From: Actinomycetota bacterium | GTDB taxonomy: Bacteria; Actinomycetota; Thermoleophilia; Gaiellales; Gaiellaceae | NCBI GenBank assembly: GCA_019237315.1 | Contig: JAFAHG010000192.1 | Coordinates: 1 to 40,400, forward strand | Reading direction: 5' to 3' | DNA: 40,400 bases | Shown: positions 1 through 8,349 of the stretch, piece after piece | Layout: the number at the start of each line of letters is the position of its first letter | How positions within the stretch are numbered: the stretch's first letter is position 1 | Program-made: the position numbers and the translations under genes | Notes under the pieces: model-generated | The model's input: the letters and a program-made list of their open reading frames with translations, nothing else | Database searches by the model: none | What the model was told of the DNA's origin: nothing

Positions 1-332
1 ACCGTCGCGTCGTTCGCGACGACGACGCACTCGCGGCCTTCGACGACGCCGATGCCGGTGACGATCCCGGCCGACGGCGCCTGGCCGTCGTAGAGCTCCC
101 ATGCCGCGAGCGCGCCGAGCTCGAGGAACGCCGTCCCCGGGTCGACGAGCCGGTCGATCCGCTCGCGCGCAAGGAGCTTCCCGCGCTCGCGGTGGCGCTC
201 GATCGCCCGGTCGCCGCCGCCGCGTGCGACCTGCGCGGTGCGCTCGCGCAGCTCGGCGACGAGCGACGCCATCCGCTCCTGTCGCCGTGTGAACTCGCTG
301 CCGTGCTCGACGGCCGTCTCGAGAAGCGCCAC
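1..332 (-). CDS. acyl-CoA carboxylase carboxyltransferase (beta) subunit, MccB/PccB-like; N-terminal part only, gene runs off the window start
   Basis: Hand translation of the reverse strand from GTG 332 (alternative ATG 272) gives [111 protein letters not shown]. This is the typical N-terminus of biotin-dependent carboxyltransferases. The ORF is not in the track because it is open-ended. Confidence 0.7.
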   Translation of the reverse strand, partial: MALLETAVEHGSEFTRRQERMASLVAELRERTAQVARGGGDRAIERHRERGKLLARERIDRLVDPGTAFLELGALAAWELYDGQAPSAGIVTGIGVVEGRECVVVANDAT

Positions 333-402
333 CCCGGAACGTATAACCGGATTCCAACCCCTGCGGCCCGGGAATCCGACGGCGCGGCGGTTGACTTGCG
401 GC

Positions 403-804
403 GTGGGGGATACCGGCCCGATCCGCGTCCTCGTCTGCGATGACTCGCCGACGTTCGCGGCAGGCTTGCGCCGCCTCCTCGAGCACGAGCCCGAGATCGA
501 GGTCGTCGGCGTCCGCGGCTCGGCCGAGGAGGCGATCGCCGCGGTTCCCGAGCTCGCTCCCGACCTCGTGACGATGGACGTGGAGCTACCCGGGATGAAC
601 GGGCTCGACGCCGTCCAGCGGATCATGCGGGAGCACCCGGTGCCGATCCTCGTCCTCTCCTCGCGGACGACGGTGGCCGAGGCGGCGCTTGCCGCCGGCG
701 CGGTCGCCGCGCTCGCGAAGGACGAGGTCGCGCTGCGAGAGCCGGACGGAGACGCCGCGACGGCCCTCCGGCGCCGGCTCCGCACCCTCGCCGGCCGGGC
801 CTGA
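403..804 (+). CDS. stand-alone response-regulator receiver domain, CheB-N-terminal-like, with no methylesterase domain
   Basis: In frame with track ORF 238..804. [81 protein letters not shown] matches the CheB receiver pattern (DD pair, phospho-Asp in TMDVELP). The protein ends about 50 aa later. Start is GTG 403 (alternative TTG 391); the upstream ORF portion is Arg/Ser-rich junk. Confidence 0.75.
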   Translation: MGDTGPIRVLVCDDSPTFAAGLRRLLEHEPEIEVVGVRGSAEEAIAAVPELAPDLVTMDVELPGMNGLDAVQRIMREHPVPILVLSSRTTVAEAALAAGAVAALAKDEVALREPDGDAATALRRRLRTLAGRA

Positions 805-841
805 CGGCAGGAGAGGCGTAGGCTCCCGCGAAGGATTCGCA

Positions 842-2290
842 ATGCTCGGCCACGATCCCGGCCTTCGCCGGGGCGTTCACGCCCGCGGCCCCGCACGCAG
901 GATTCTGATCGCCACGGCGGTCGTCGTCCCGCTCATCGCCATCGCCTTCGGCGTCTCCATCTGGCGTGACTACAACGCGGCCGCCAAGCGCGACCAGTCG
1001 ACTCGCTCCGCCAACCAGCAGCTGACCGCACAGGTCGCCGTCAACGCCTTCCTGCGCGAGCGCGAGGCGATGGACGAGTACATGCTCACCGCGAACATCG
1101 CGTCGCTGACGACGATCGGCAACTCGAGCGTCGAGTTCAACACGGCGATGCAGTCGCTCAAGCCGTCCGCGCCCGGCGAGGCCGCACTCATCCAGCGCGC
1201 CCAGGCCGCGAACGACGCGTTCGTCGCCGACTTCCGGCGTCACGAGGGAGCCGCCCGCACGAACGTCGTCGCCGAGGAGTCGGCGATCGCCGAGCTGAAC
1301 ACGCACGAGCCGAGCGTCGTCGGCTCCCTCGCGTCGCTCCAGCAGATCTACGGAGACGAGGCGACGAACCGTAGCTCTGCCGCCGCGAGCGCGCGAACCG
1401 AGTCGAGGATCGCGAGCCTCGTTGCCGCGATCGTCTCCATCGTGGCCGCGATCGGCTTCGCCGTCTACGCGCTCACGCTCGTCGCGCGGGTCGGCTCGCG
1501 CGAAGCAAGCCTCGCGGAGCTCGTGCACCGGGTGCACGACACGTCGGGGATTCTCGCGCTCGTCGCCAACGAGCTGCGCGCGGCCGTCAAGCAGTCCGCA
1601 ACCGCGACGACGCAGCAGTCGACGGCGGTCGCCGAGACGTCCGCGACGATCGAGCGGCTCGCGGCCGCCGCGACAGCGATCGCGGACAACGCGCACGCAG
1701 TTTCGGCAGCGGCCGAGCAGACCGGTGCGACGATGCGGCACATGCAGGAGCAGGTCGAGACGATCGCAGCGCGGTCGGCCTCGCTCGGCGAGCGCTCGCA
1801 GAGGATCGGCGAGATCCTGGCGCTGATCAACGAGCTCGCCGAGCAGACGAACCTCCTTGCGCTGAACGCCGCGATCGAGGCGGCGCGCGCCGGAGAGGCG
1901 GGCAAGGGGTTCGCGGTCGTCGCCTCCGAGGTGCGCAAGCTCGCCGAGCGCTCGATCCGCTCGACAGACTCGATCCGCGACATCATCGCCGACGTCCAGC
2001 AGGAGACGAGCGCGACGATCACCGCGACCGAGGCGGGCTCGCGGCAGGCACGCGAGGTCGGACAGCTGATGACCGAGACGACGAGGATGCTCGAGGAGTC
2101 GATCCGCGCCACGCAGCAGCAGAAGGCGGCCGCCGACCAGGTCGCCGCCGCGATGGTGCAGATCCGCGAGTCGGCGCTCGCGCTCGTCGCCGAGGCCGAG
2201 CAGCGCGCGAACACCGCCGCGCGGGTCGAGGAGCTCGCCGCCGAGCTCGAGCGGACGCTCGCCGGCGGCAACGGAGCGGGGCCGCGTTGA
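842..2290 (+). CDS. methyl-accepting chemotaxis protein (two TM helices, about 155-aa extracytoplasmic helical sensor, short signalling domain)
   Basis: Internal ATG 842 of ORF 689..2290 is preceded by GAAGGA. TM helices are [21 protein letters not shown] and [26 protein letters not shown]. The highly conserved hairpin tip [44 protein letters not shown] is present. Confidence 0.9.
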   Translation: MLGHDPGLRRGVHARGPARRILIATAVVVPLIAIAFGVSIWRDYNAAAKRDQSTRSANQQLTAQVAVNAFLREREAMDEYMLTANIASLTTIGNSSVEFNTAMQSLKPSAPGEAALIQRAQAANDAFVADFRRHEGAARTNVVAEESAIAELNTHEPSVVGSLASLQQIYGDEATNRSSAAASARTESRIASLVAAIVSIVAAIGFAVYALTLVARVGSREASLAELVHRVHDTSGILALVANELRAAVKQSATATTQQSTAVAETSATIERLAAAATAIADNAHAVSAAAEQTGATMRHMQEQVETIAARSASLGERSQRIGEILALINELAEQTNLLALNAAIEAARAGEAGKGFAVVASEVRKLAERSIRSTDSIRDIIADVQQETSATITATEAGSRQAREVGQLMTETTRMLEESIRATQQQKAAADQVAAAMVQIRESALALVAEAEQRANTAARVEELAAELERTLAGGNGAGPR

Positions 2291-2631
2291 GCACCGTGGT
2301 GAGCATCCGCGTGGGCGGCGAGCGCTACGCAGTCCCCGTGGAGAACGTCCGTGAGATCGCCGACTTCGGTCTCGTCGCGGCGTTGCCCGGTGCCGGACCG
2401 GCGGTGCTCGGCGTCCGCAACCTGCGCGGGCAGGTGCTCCCGGTGTTCGACCTCGCGGCGGTGCTGGGCGTCGAGCGGGCGGACGGTCCGCTGCGGATCC
2501 TCGTCGCCGAGGACGGCGGCCGGCGCGCGGGGCTCGCGGTCGACGACGTGACGGATGTCGGTGAGGAGTCCGACGGCGCCACGCGTCTCGCGGCGGCGGA
2601 TCTCTTCGCTGCGCTGGCGCGGACGGCATGA
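2287..2631 (+). CDS. cheW: CheW-like coupling protein
   Basis: 114 aa. [11 protein letters not shown]...[21 protein letters not shown]...LAVDDVTDV matches the CheW fold pattern. The TTG start overlaps the MCP stop (TTGA). Confidence 0.85.
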   Translation: MSTVVSIRVGGERYAVPVENVREIADFGLVAALPGAGPAVLGVRNLRGQVLPVFDLAAVLGVERADGPLRILVAEDGGRRAGLAVDDVTDVGEESDGATRLAAADLFAALARTA

Positions 2632-4073
2632 CCGACGCCGAGTTCTTCGAGCTCTTCCGCGACGAGGCGAACGGCCGCCTCGACAACATGGTCGGCTCGC
2701 TGCTCGCGCTCGAGTCGGGCCGCGCGGCGCCGGACGCGGTCGACGCGCTCTTCCGCGACGCCCACTCGATCAAGGGCGGGGCGAGCATGCTCGGCCTCGA
2801 CGACCTGCACGCGCTCGCACACGCGATCGAGGACATCCTGGAAGGCGTGCGCGAGGAGCGCGAGCTGCCGGTCGACCTGACCGACACGCTGCTTCGGGCG
2901 GTCGACGCGATGCGCCGCCAGCTCGCGGGCGAGGAGCAGGGCGCGCCCGAGCTCCTCGACGAGCTCGCACGCCGCAGGGCCGGAATCGACGCGCCGGCTG
3001 CCGCCCCGGAGCCCATCCGGCGCACGATTCGCGTGGCGGCCGAGAAGATCGACCTGCTGCTCGACCTCGTCGGCGAGTCGATCCTGCACCGCCGCCGCCT
3101 CGAGCACGTGCTGGGCGACGAGCGCGTTCGCGAGGACCCGGACGTCGTCGACGAGCTCGACCGCGGCGAGCGGCTGCTCGACGAGCTGAAGGACGCCGCG
3201 ATCTCGATGCGCACGCTTCCGCTCGCGTCGATCACCGGCCCGTTCCCTCGCGCGGTGCGCGACATCGCGCGTGCCCAGGGGAAGGAGGCCGAGCTCAGCA
3301 TCGTCGGCGCAGACACCGAGCTCGACCGCGTCATCCTCGAGAGCCTGTCCGAGCCGCTCGCGCATCTCCTGCGCAACGCCGTCGCCCACGGCATCGAGCC
3401 GTCGGCGCAGCGGATGCGCGCCGGAAAGCACCCGACGGGTCTCGTCGAGCTGCGTGCGCTCCAGCGCGGCAGCGTCGTCGAGATCGTGGTCGCGGACGAC
3501 GGCCGCGGCGTCCCGCCCGAGACGCTCGCGCGTGCGGAGCGCGAGGGGTCGTTGACGGAGGTGCTGACGGCGCCGGGGTTCTCGACCGCGACGACGGTGA
3601 CCGAGCTCTCCGGCCGGGGCGTCGGCCTCGACGTCGTCAAGCGCCACGTCGAGTCGTTCACCGGCTCGCTGGAGGTGCGCAGCGAGGTGGGGAAGGGCAC
3701 GAGCATCGTCATGCTGCTGCCGCTTGCGCTCGCGCTGCTCGAGGTGCTGCTCGTCGAGCGCGGCCGGAACGTGTTCGGGATTCCGCTCGGCAACGTCGAG
3801 CAGGCGCTCGCCGTCCACGGGGTGCTACCCGCGCTGCCGCTCGCGGAGCTCGGCGACACGCCGCCGTCGCCGTCGCGTGCGGTGGTGGTTGCCGCCGCGG
3901 GGCGGAAGGCCGGATTCCTCTGCGACCGTCTGCTCGGCCAGGACGAGGTCGTCGTCAAGCCGCTCGGCCCGCTGCTCGCACGCGTCCGCGGCTACCTCGG
4001 CGCTGCGATCCTCGGCGACGGCCGCGTCGCGCTCCTTCTCGACCCCGCCGCGCTCGTCGCTCGTGCAGTCTGA
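2628..4073 (+). CDS. cheA: chemotaxis-type histidine kinase CheA (P1-P3-P4-P5, no recognisable P2)
   Basis: Hpt site is FRDAHSIKGGASMLG. Dimerisation region is RVAAEKIDLLLDLVGE. N box is HLLRNAVAHGIE, G1 is DDGRGV and G2 is GRGVGLDVV. A C-terminal CheW-like domain is present. ATGA overlap with cheW. Confidence 0.9.
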   Translation: MTDAEFFELFRDEANGRLDNMVGSLLALESGRAAPDAVDALFRDAHSIKGGASMLGLDDLHALAHAIEDILEGVREERELPVDLTDTLLRAVDAMRRQLAGEEQGAPELLDELARRRAGIDAPAAAPEPIRRTIRVAAEKIDLLLDLVGESILHRRRLEHVLGDERVREDPDVVDELDRGERLLDELKDAAISMRTLPLASITGPFPRAVRDIARAQGKEAELSIVGADTELDRVILESLSEPLAHLLRNAVAHGIEPSAQRMRAGKHPTGLVELRALQRGSVVEIVVADDGRGVPPETLARAEREGSLTEVLTAPGFSTATTVTELSGRGVGLDVVKRHVESFTGSLEVRSEVGKGTSIVMLLPLALALLEVLLVERGRNVFGIPLGNVEQALAVHGVLPALPLAELGDTPPSPSRAVVVAAAGRKAGFLCDRLLGQDEVVVKPLGPLLARVRGYLGAAILGDGRVALLLDPAALVARAV

Positions 4074-4077
4074 CGCC

Positions 4078-4767
4078 GTGGCAAGCGAACGGATCCTCGT
4101 CGTCGACGACAGCGACACCGAGCGCGCGATCGTGACCAGCCGGCTCGAGCAGCACGGCTACGCGGTCTCGACGGCCGACGACGGCACCGAGGGACTGCGG
4201 AAGCTCTACGGGCTGAAGCCCGACCTCGTCCTCCTCGACGTCGTCATGCCCGGGCTGACCGGCTGGCAGGTGCTCGAGCGGATCCGCGAGGTCTCCGACG
4301 TGCCCGTGATCATGCTCACGTCGCGCGACAGCGAGGTCGAGCGCGTCCGTGGGCTGCGCGGCGGCGCCGACGACTACGTGGCGAAGCCCTTCTCGTCCGC
4401 CGAGCTGCTCGCGCGCGTGGAAGCCGTGCTCCGCCGCACGAGCGCCGCGCCCGCTGTGCGCGACGTGTACGAGGACGCAGAGGTGTCCATCGACTTCGGG
4501 GCGAGCGAGGTGCGGGTCCGCGGCGAGCTCGTCCCGCTGACGCCGCTCGAGTTCCGCCTGCTCGGCACGCTCACCGCGCACCCGGGGCAGGTGCTCTCAC
4601 GCGAGCAGCTGCTCGAGCACGTCTGGGGCGACGCGTATGCCCGCGGCGGCGACGAGGTGAAGCTGTACGTCCGCTACCTGCGTCTGAAGGTGGAGCGCGA
4701 CCCGCAGAACCCGACGCTGATCGAGACCGTGCGCGGCTTCGGGTACCGCTACCGGCCGCCGCGTTAG
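4078..4767 (+). CDS. OmpR/PhoB-family response regulator (receiver + winged-helix DNA-binding domain)
   Basis: GTG 4078 lies 4 nt after the cheA stop. Receiver: ILVVDDSDTERAI...LVLLDVVMPGLTGW...ADDYVAKPF. Winged helix: LTPLEFRLLGTLTAHPGQVLSREQLLEHVWG...ETVRGFGYRY. Confidence 0.9.
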   Translation: MASERILVVDDSDTERAIVTSRLEQHGYAVSTADDGTEGLRKLYGLKPDLVLLDVVMPGLTGWQVLERIREVSDVPVIMLTSRDSEVERVRGLRGGADDYVAKPFSSAELLARVEAVLRRTSAAPAVRDVYEDAEVSIDFGASEVRVRGELVPLTPLEFRLLGTLTAHPGQVLSREQLLEHVWGDAYARGGDEVKLYVRYLRLKVERDPQNPTLIETVRGFGYRYRPPR

Positions 4768-4772
4768 CGGCC

Positions 4773-4789
4773 GTCCGCCGCAGGCGGAC
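4773..4789. terminator. short GC hairpin in convergent intergenic spacer
   Basis: GTCCGCC-gca-GGCGGAC: 7-bp stem with a 3-nt loop, immediately after the TAG stop at 4765-4767. Confidence 0.35.
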
Positions 4790-4802
4790 CGGTGGAAGGG
4801 GT

Positions 4803-4828
4803 CTGGGGAAACCGGGAGGTTTCCCCAG
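4803..4828. terminator. bidirectional hairpin terminator between convergent genes
   Basis: CTGGGGAAACC-ggga-GGTTTCCCCAG: perfect 11-bp stem with a 4-nt loop. It lies between the + gene end (4767) and the - gene end (4834). There is no U-tract, which is common in high-GC actinobacteria. Confidence 0.55.
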
Positions 4829-4833
4829 CTGAT

Positions 4834-5682
4834 CTAGGTCGCAGGATTGAGCACGAGCGCTGCGCCGCCGGTCTGCAGCGCCGTCAGCTGGTAGCTGAAG
4901 ATGCTCGAGAGCGTCAGCGAGTCGATCGTGTTCGCCTCGACGTCGTCCGGCTGCGTCGGGAGCGGCGGTGCGGCGAGCCGCAGCGTCGACTTCAGCGGAT
5001 GCGAGAGCTCGTCCTTGTAGTTCTTCTTCTGCAGGAAGAGGAGCGAGCTCGACGTCGATCCCGGCGCGGGCGGCATGAACGCGATCACCGAGTCGACCGA
5101 CGGGATGAACTTGAACGTGTAGAGCGCCACCTCGAGCGCCTCGCGGCGAACGAGCCGGCCGCGCTCGGACGACGGCGTGCCGCTCGCGATCGAGCAGTGG
5201 TCGCCGAGGCCGCAGAAGGTGTACATCTCGCTCTTGTTCGAGTTGAGGATCTCGTAGTTCGGCGTCTTGCGGATTGCGATCGCCTTGATCGAGATGTTCG
5301 TCGTCCCGCTCGTCACCGTCGGCTTGCTGGGGACGACCGCGACGAGCTGCGCGCCGCTCGAGTTCAGCTTGTACTCGTGCGACACGTGGTTCGCGATCTC
5401 GCTGGCCATCGTCGAGAGGCTGCCGACCGCCGGCTTCCAGGCCGACCATGGCGCCGGCGACCGGTGGCCCGGCTTCACGACGAGGATGACGAATGCACCG
5501 ACCGCCGCGAGCAGGATCCCGGCGAGGGCGCCGTAGACGATCGTGAACCGGGTGGTGTAGCGCGGCTGGTCGCCGAAGCCCATCTGCGGGACGAGCGGCA
5601 GCGGCCCCGTCGCAGGCTCGCCGATGGGGGCGGCGGAGTCGCCGGGCTCGCCGGCGGGGAACTCCGGAGGCGTCTCGCTCAT
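4834..5682 (-). CDS. hypothetical single-pass membrane protein with about 200-aa extracytoplasmic domain (no family recognised)
   Basis: This is the C-terminal in-frame part of track ORF 4834..8409, starting at ATG 5682 (MSETPPEF...). TM helix is FTIVYGALAGILLAAVGAFVILVV. Amino-acid composition is ordinary, unlike the Arg/Pro junk upstream in the same frame. ATGA overlap with the stop of the upstream FtsH-like gene. Confidence 0.7.
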   Translation of the reverse strand: MSETPPEFPAGEPGDSAAPIGEPATGPLPLVPQMGFGDQPRYTTRFTIVYGALAGILLAAVGAFVILVVKPGHRSPAPWSAWKPAVGSLSTMASEIANHVSHEYKLNSSGAQLVAVVPSKPTVTSGTTNISIKAIAIRKTPNYEILNSNKSEMYTFCGLGDHCSIASGTPSSERGRLVRREALEVALYTFKFIPSVDSVIAFMPPAPGSTSSSLLFLQKKNYKDELSHPLKSTLRLAAPPLPTQPDDVEANTIDSLTLSSIFSYQLTALQTGGAALVLNPAT

Positions 5683-8333
5683 GCCGGGCGTCCGCCGCGC
5701 GGGCCGTCGTCGTCGAGCTTCGACCAGTTCATGAGCCTCGGCCACGAGCTCTCGTCCGTCCAGTCGATCTGCGGCTTCGTGAAGTGCTGCCGGTCGAGCA
5801 GGTTGACGAGGTCGTCGCCGTAGATCTCCTTCTTCTCCATGACGGTGTCGGCGATGTTCTCGACCTGCCGCTTGTTCTGCTCGATCAGGTTGTAGGCCGT
5901 CACGAACGCCTGGCCGATGAACTGTGCGGCGTAGGCGCGCTTCCGCGGGTCGCTGAGGACGGAGCCGGTCGGGTCGCCGGTGGCCTGCGTCGCCGTGCGG
6001 TTGAGCAGGCGCATGCCGATGTCCTCGAAGCGCCGCTGCACGCGCTCGCGCGTCTGCTGCTCGCTCTCGTCGGCGAAGGTCTTGCCGTGCAGGTCGAGCG
6101 GGAGGGGGGACATGCCCGCCGCGCCGACCATCATCGCCGCCGTCCACGTGACCGACTGGAGGTCGCCGCCGACGCCGACCGAGTTCTCGCCGTAGAAGGC
6201 GAATTCCGCCGCCATCGCGCCGATCGTGTGCACGAGCGCGCCGAACATGCGGCTCTGGAACGCGCCGAAGCGCTCTTCCTTCTCGAAGGCCTGGTGGTGG
6301 CCGAGCGAGCCCGCGCGCATGCGGATCGAGAGGCGGCTCGACTCGAGGTCGGGACGGAAGACGTGCGCCGCAGCCGCGTGGCCCGCCTCGTGGATCGCGA
6401 CAGCGCGCGCATCCTCCTGCGTGTACTTGACGTTCACCGCGGCGCCGGACTCGATCACCGTCATCGCGTCGAGGAGGTGGCCCCATGTGAACGCGAGCTT
6501 CCCCTCGTGGTGGGCGTTCGTGAGCGCCATCGAGCAGATCTGGTCGATCATCGCCGGCGAGTACCCGTTCGTGATGCGCGCAATCTCGTCGCGGCGCTCC
6601 GGGCGGTCGAGCTCCGGGTCGTGCGCGACCTTGCCGAGGTACAGGTCGAAGATGTCCTTGCGGTCTTCCTTCGTCGGCGTGCGGAACGCGACGTGGCGGC
6701 CCATGCGGCCGGGGCGCAGGAGCGCCGGGTCGAGCTGCTCGAGCGGCACGTTCGTCGCGCCGATGAAGTAGATCTGCGCGCCGAGCGGCCGCGGCGCCGG
6801 CAGGCGGAGCGATGCAGTGCCGTTCCTCGTGACACCGCGCCAGACGCTGACGCCGACGAGGGCGAGCAGCAGGCCGGCCGCGGAGATGAAGATCGCGCCG
6901 AGCGTCGAGATGTGGAACGGCTGCGCGATGCCCTCGACGAAGAAGCACGCGCCGATCGCCATGACGGCGACGGCGAAGATCCGGCCCGACGTCTTGTTGA
7001 GGCGCCGCGGGACGACGAAGACCGCGTCGAGGAACGAGTTGATCCGGTTCGTGTACATGCGGCGGAAGAACGGCGGGTTGTCGATGCCGTCCATCGTCAC
7101 GAGCAGCTGGTTCAGCGCGAGCTGGCCGCCCATGCCGCCGAACATGCCGGGGAACGCGCCCTGATTCACGATCTCTGCGACGCGCGTCAGCCAGTGCGGG
7201 TACGGCGAGCGCGGCTCCGGCGCGCGCTGCGCGAACATGAACTCGCGCCACGCGGGGCTCTCGATGACGAGGTCGCCGCTCGGGTTGATCGCACCGAACG
7301 GCCCGAAGAACTCGGGCGTCCAGCCGTAGCTCGCGGTCATGCTCTGCGTGACGCCGCGGCGGCGCATGCCGACCGCGTCGATCTCGTCGATGAAGACGAT
7401 GCACTGGCCGCCCCACTTGCGCGCGAGCCGCTTCGCCTTGCGGGCGAGGTAGCGCACGACGATCGCGTCGATGCCGATGAACGTCGCGGCGAAGCCGGAG
7501 CCCGGGATCGAGACGAACGGCGAGTTGAACCCGGTGGCGATCGCCTTTGCGAGCATCGTCTTGCCGACGCCCGGCGCGCCGTGGAAGAGGAGACCTCGTT
7601 CGCGTTTGCCGCCCGCCTTCTCGAAGACTTCGCCCGACTGCCAGAGCGTGACGACGCGGCGCACCTCCTCCTTCGCCTCCGCCTGGCCGCGGACGTCGTC
7701 GAGGCGGACGCCCCACTCGGCGTCGCCGGGCTCGTAGCCGCGGATCTGCGAGATGTTCATGAGGAGCAGCGGCCCCATGAAGATGAAGAAGTTCGCGAAG
7801 AAGAGGAAGAACACGACCACGATCTGCATCCAGAACGCCTGGCTCTGTGCGAGCCGGCCGAGCGTGTGGAAGATGTGGCCGATCGTCCCGAAGTAGCTCA
7901 CGCTCTGGCCCGGCGAGGCCTTGGCAAGCTTGATCAGGAAGATGACGGTGAGGAGTCCGAAGATCCACGCGGCCTTGCGGACGACGCCGTTCCACGTCCA
8001 CGCGCGGCGGCGGTTCACGACGTCGTTCTCGCGGACGCGCGCGTCGTCGGTGCCGAAGAGCGACGGCCACGGGATCAGCCGGCGGACGATCACGTCGACG
8101 ACGCCGCGGAAGGCGACGATGGTGAAGAACGTGGCGACGAGCGACCAGAAGACGCCCCAGCCGTTGTGGTGGTGGTACCAGTAGAAGACCGACGGGCTCG
8201 TCAGGACCGCGATCAGGGTCGCGACGCGCGTGAGGCGGCGCCACTCCCGTGACAGCGCGCTCTGCGACTCGCTCACGAGCGACGGCTGTGGATTCGGGTT
8301 CGGCAGAGGTTCTGCGGCCGCCAAAGTTTTCAT
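5679..8333 (-). CDS. FtsH-like membrane AAA+ ATPase / M41 zinc metalloprotease with atypical insertions
   Basis: 884 aa with four N-terminal hydrophobic helices. Walker A is GAPGVGKT, pore loop is ATFIGID and Walker B is IVFIDEIDAV. Sensor and Arg finger: IYFIGATNVPLEQLDPALLRPGRMGR. M41 motif is HEAGHAAAAH, followed by EFAFYGENSVGVGGDLQSVT. Large insertions lie between Walker B and sensor-1. Confidence 0.85.
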   Translation of the reverse strand: MKTLAAAEPLPNPNPQPSLVSESQSALSREWRRLTRVATLIAVLTSPSVFYWYHHHNGWGVFWSLVATFFTIVAFRGVVDVIVRRLIPWPSLFGTDDARVRENDVVNRRRAWTWNGVVRKAAWIFGLLTVIFLIKLAKASPGQSVSYFGTIGHIFHTLGRLAQSQAFWMQIVVVFFLFFANFFIFMGPLLLMNISQIRGYEPGDAEWGVRLDDVRGQAEAKEEVRRVVTLWQSGEVFEKAGGKRERGLLFHGAPGVGKTMLAKAIATGFNSPFVSIPGSGFAATFIGIDAIVVRYLARKAKRLARKWGGQCIVFIDEIDAVGMRRRGVTQSMTASYGWTPEFFGPFGAINPSGDLVIESPAWREFMFAQRAPEPRSPYPHWLTRVAEIVNQGAFPGMFGGMGGQLALNQLLVTMDGIDNPPFFRRMYTNRINSFLDAVFVVPRRLNKTSGRIFAVAVMAIGACFFVEGIAQPFHISTLGAIFISAAGLLLALVGVSVWRGVTRNGTASLRLPAPRPLGAQIYFIGATNVPLEQLDPALLRPGRMGRHVAFRTPTKEDRKDIFDLYLGKVAHDPELDRPERRDEIARITNGYSPAMIDQICSMALTNAHHEGKLAFTWGHLLDAMTVIESGAAVNVKYTQEDARAVAIHEAGHAAAAHVFRPDLESSRLSIRMRAGSLGHHQAFEKEERFGAFQSRMFGALVHTIGAMAAEFAFYGENSVGVGGDLQSVTWTAAMMVGAAGMSPLPLDLHGKTFADESEQQTRERVQRRFEDIGMRLLNRTATQATGDPTGSVLSDPRKRAYAAQFIGQAFVTAYNLIEQNKRQVENIADTVMEKKEIYGDDLVNLLDRQHFTKPQIDWTDESSWPRLMNWSKLDDDGPRGGRPA

Positions 8334-8349
8334 ACAGTAGCCAAGTTCG

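Noticed and set aside
391-396. TTGACT upstream of the first Che-cluster gene as a -35 box.
   Set aside because: No acceptable -10 hexamer follows at 16-19 nt spacing. The hexamer also overlaps the candidate TTG start at 391 and sits only 6 nt from GTG 403, so its role is ambiguous.
623-3958. 1111-aa minus-strand ORF antisense to the MCP/CheW/CheA genes. Similar very long alternate-frame ORFs are 4834..8409 (upper part), 5784..8252, 8502..9413, 15332..17386, 17325..19640, 20459..22438, 20509..22788, 37183..38745 and 39045..40331.
   Set aside because: The translations are monotonous Arg/Ala/Pro/Gly/Asp-rich strings without motifs. Each lies opposite to, or out of frame with, an ORF carrying unmistakable family signatures. 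Long stop-free alternate frames are expected at this GC content.
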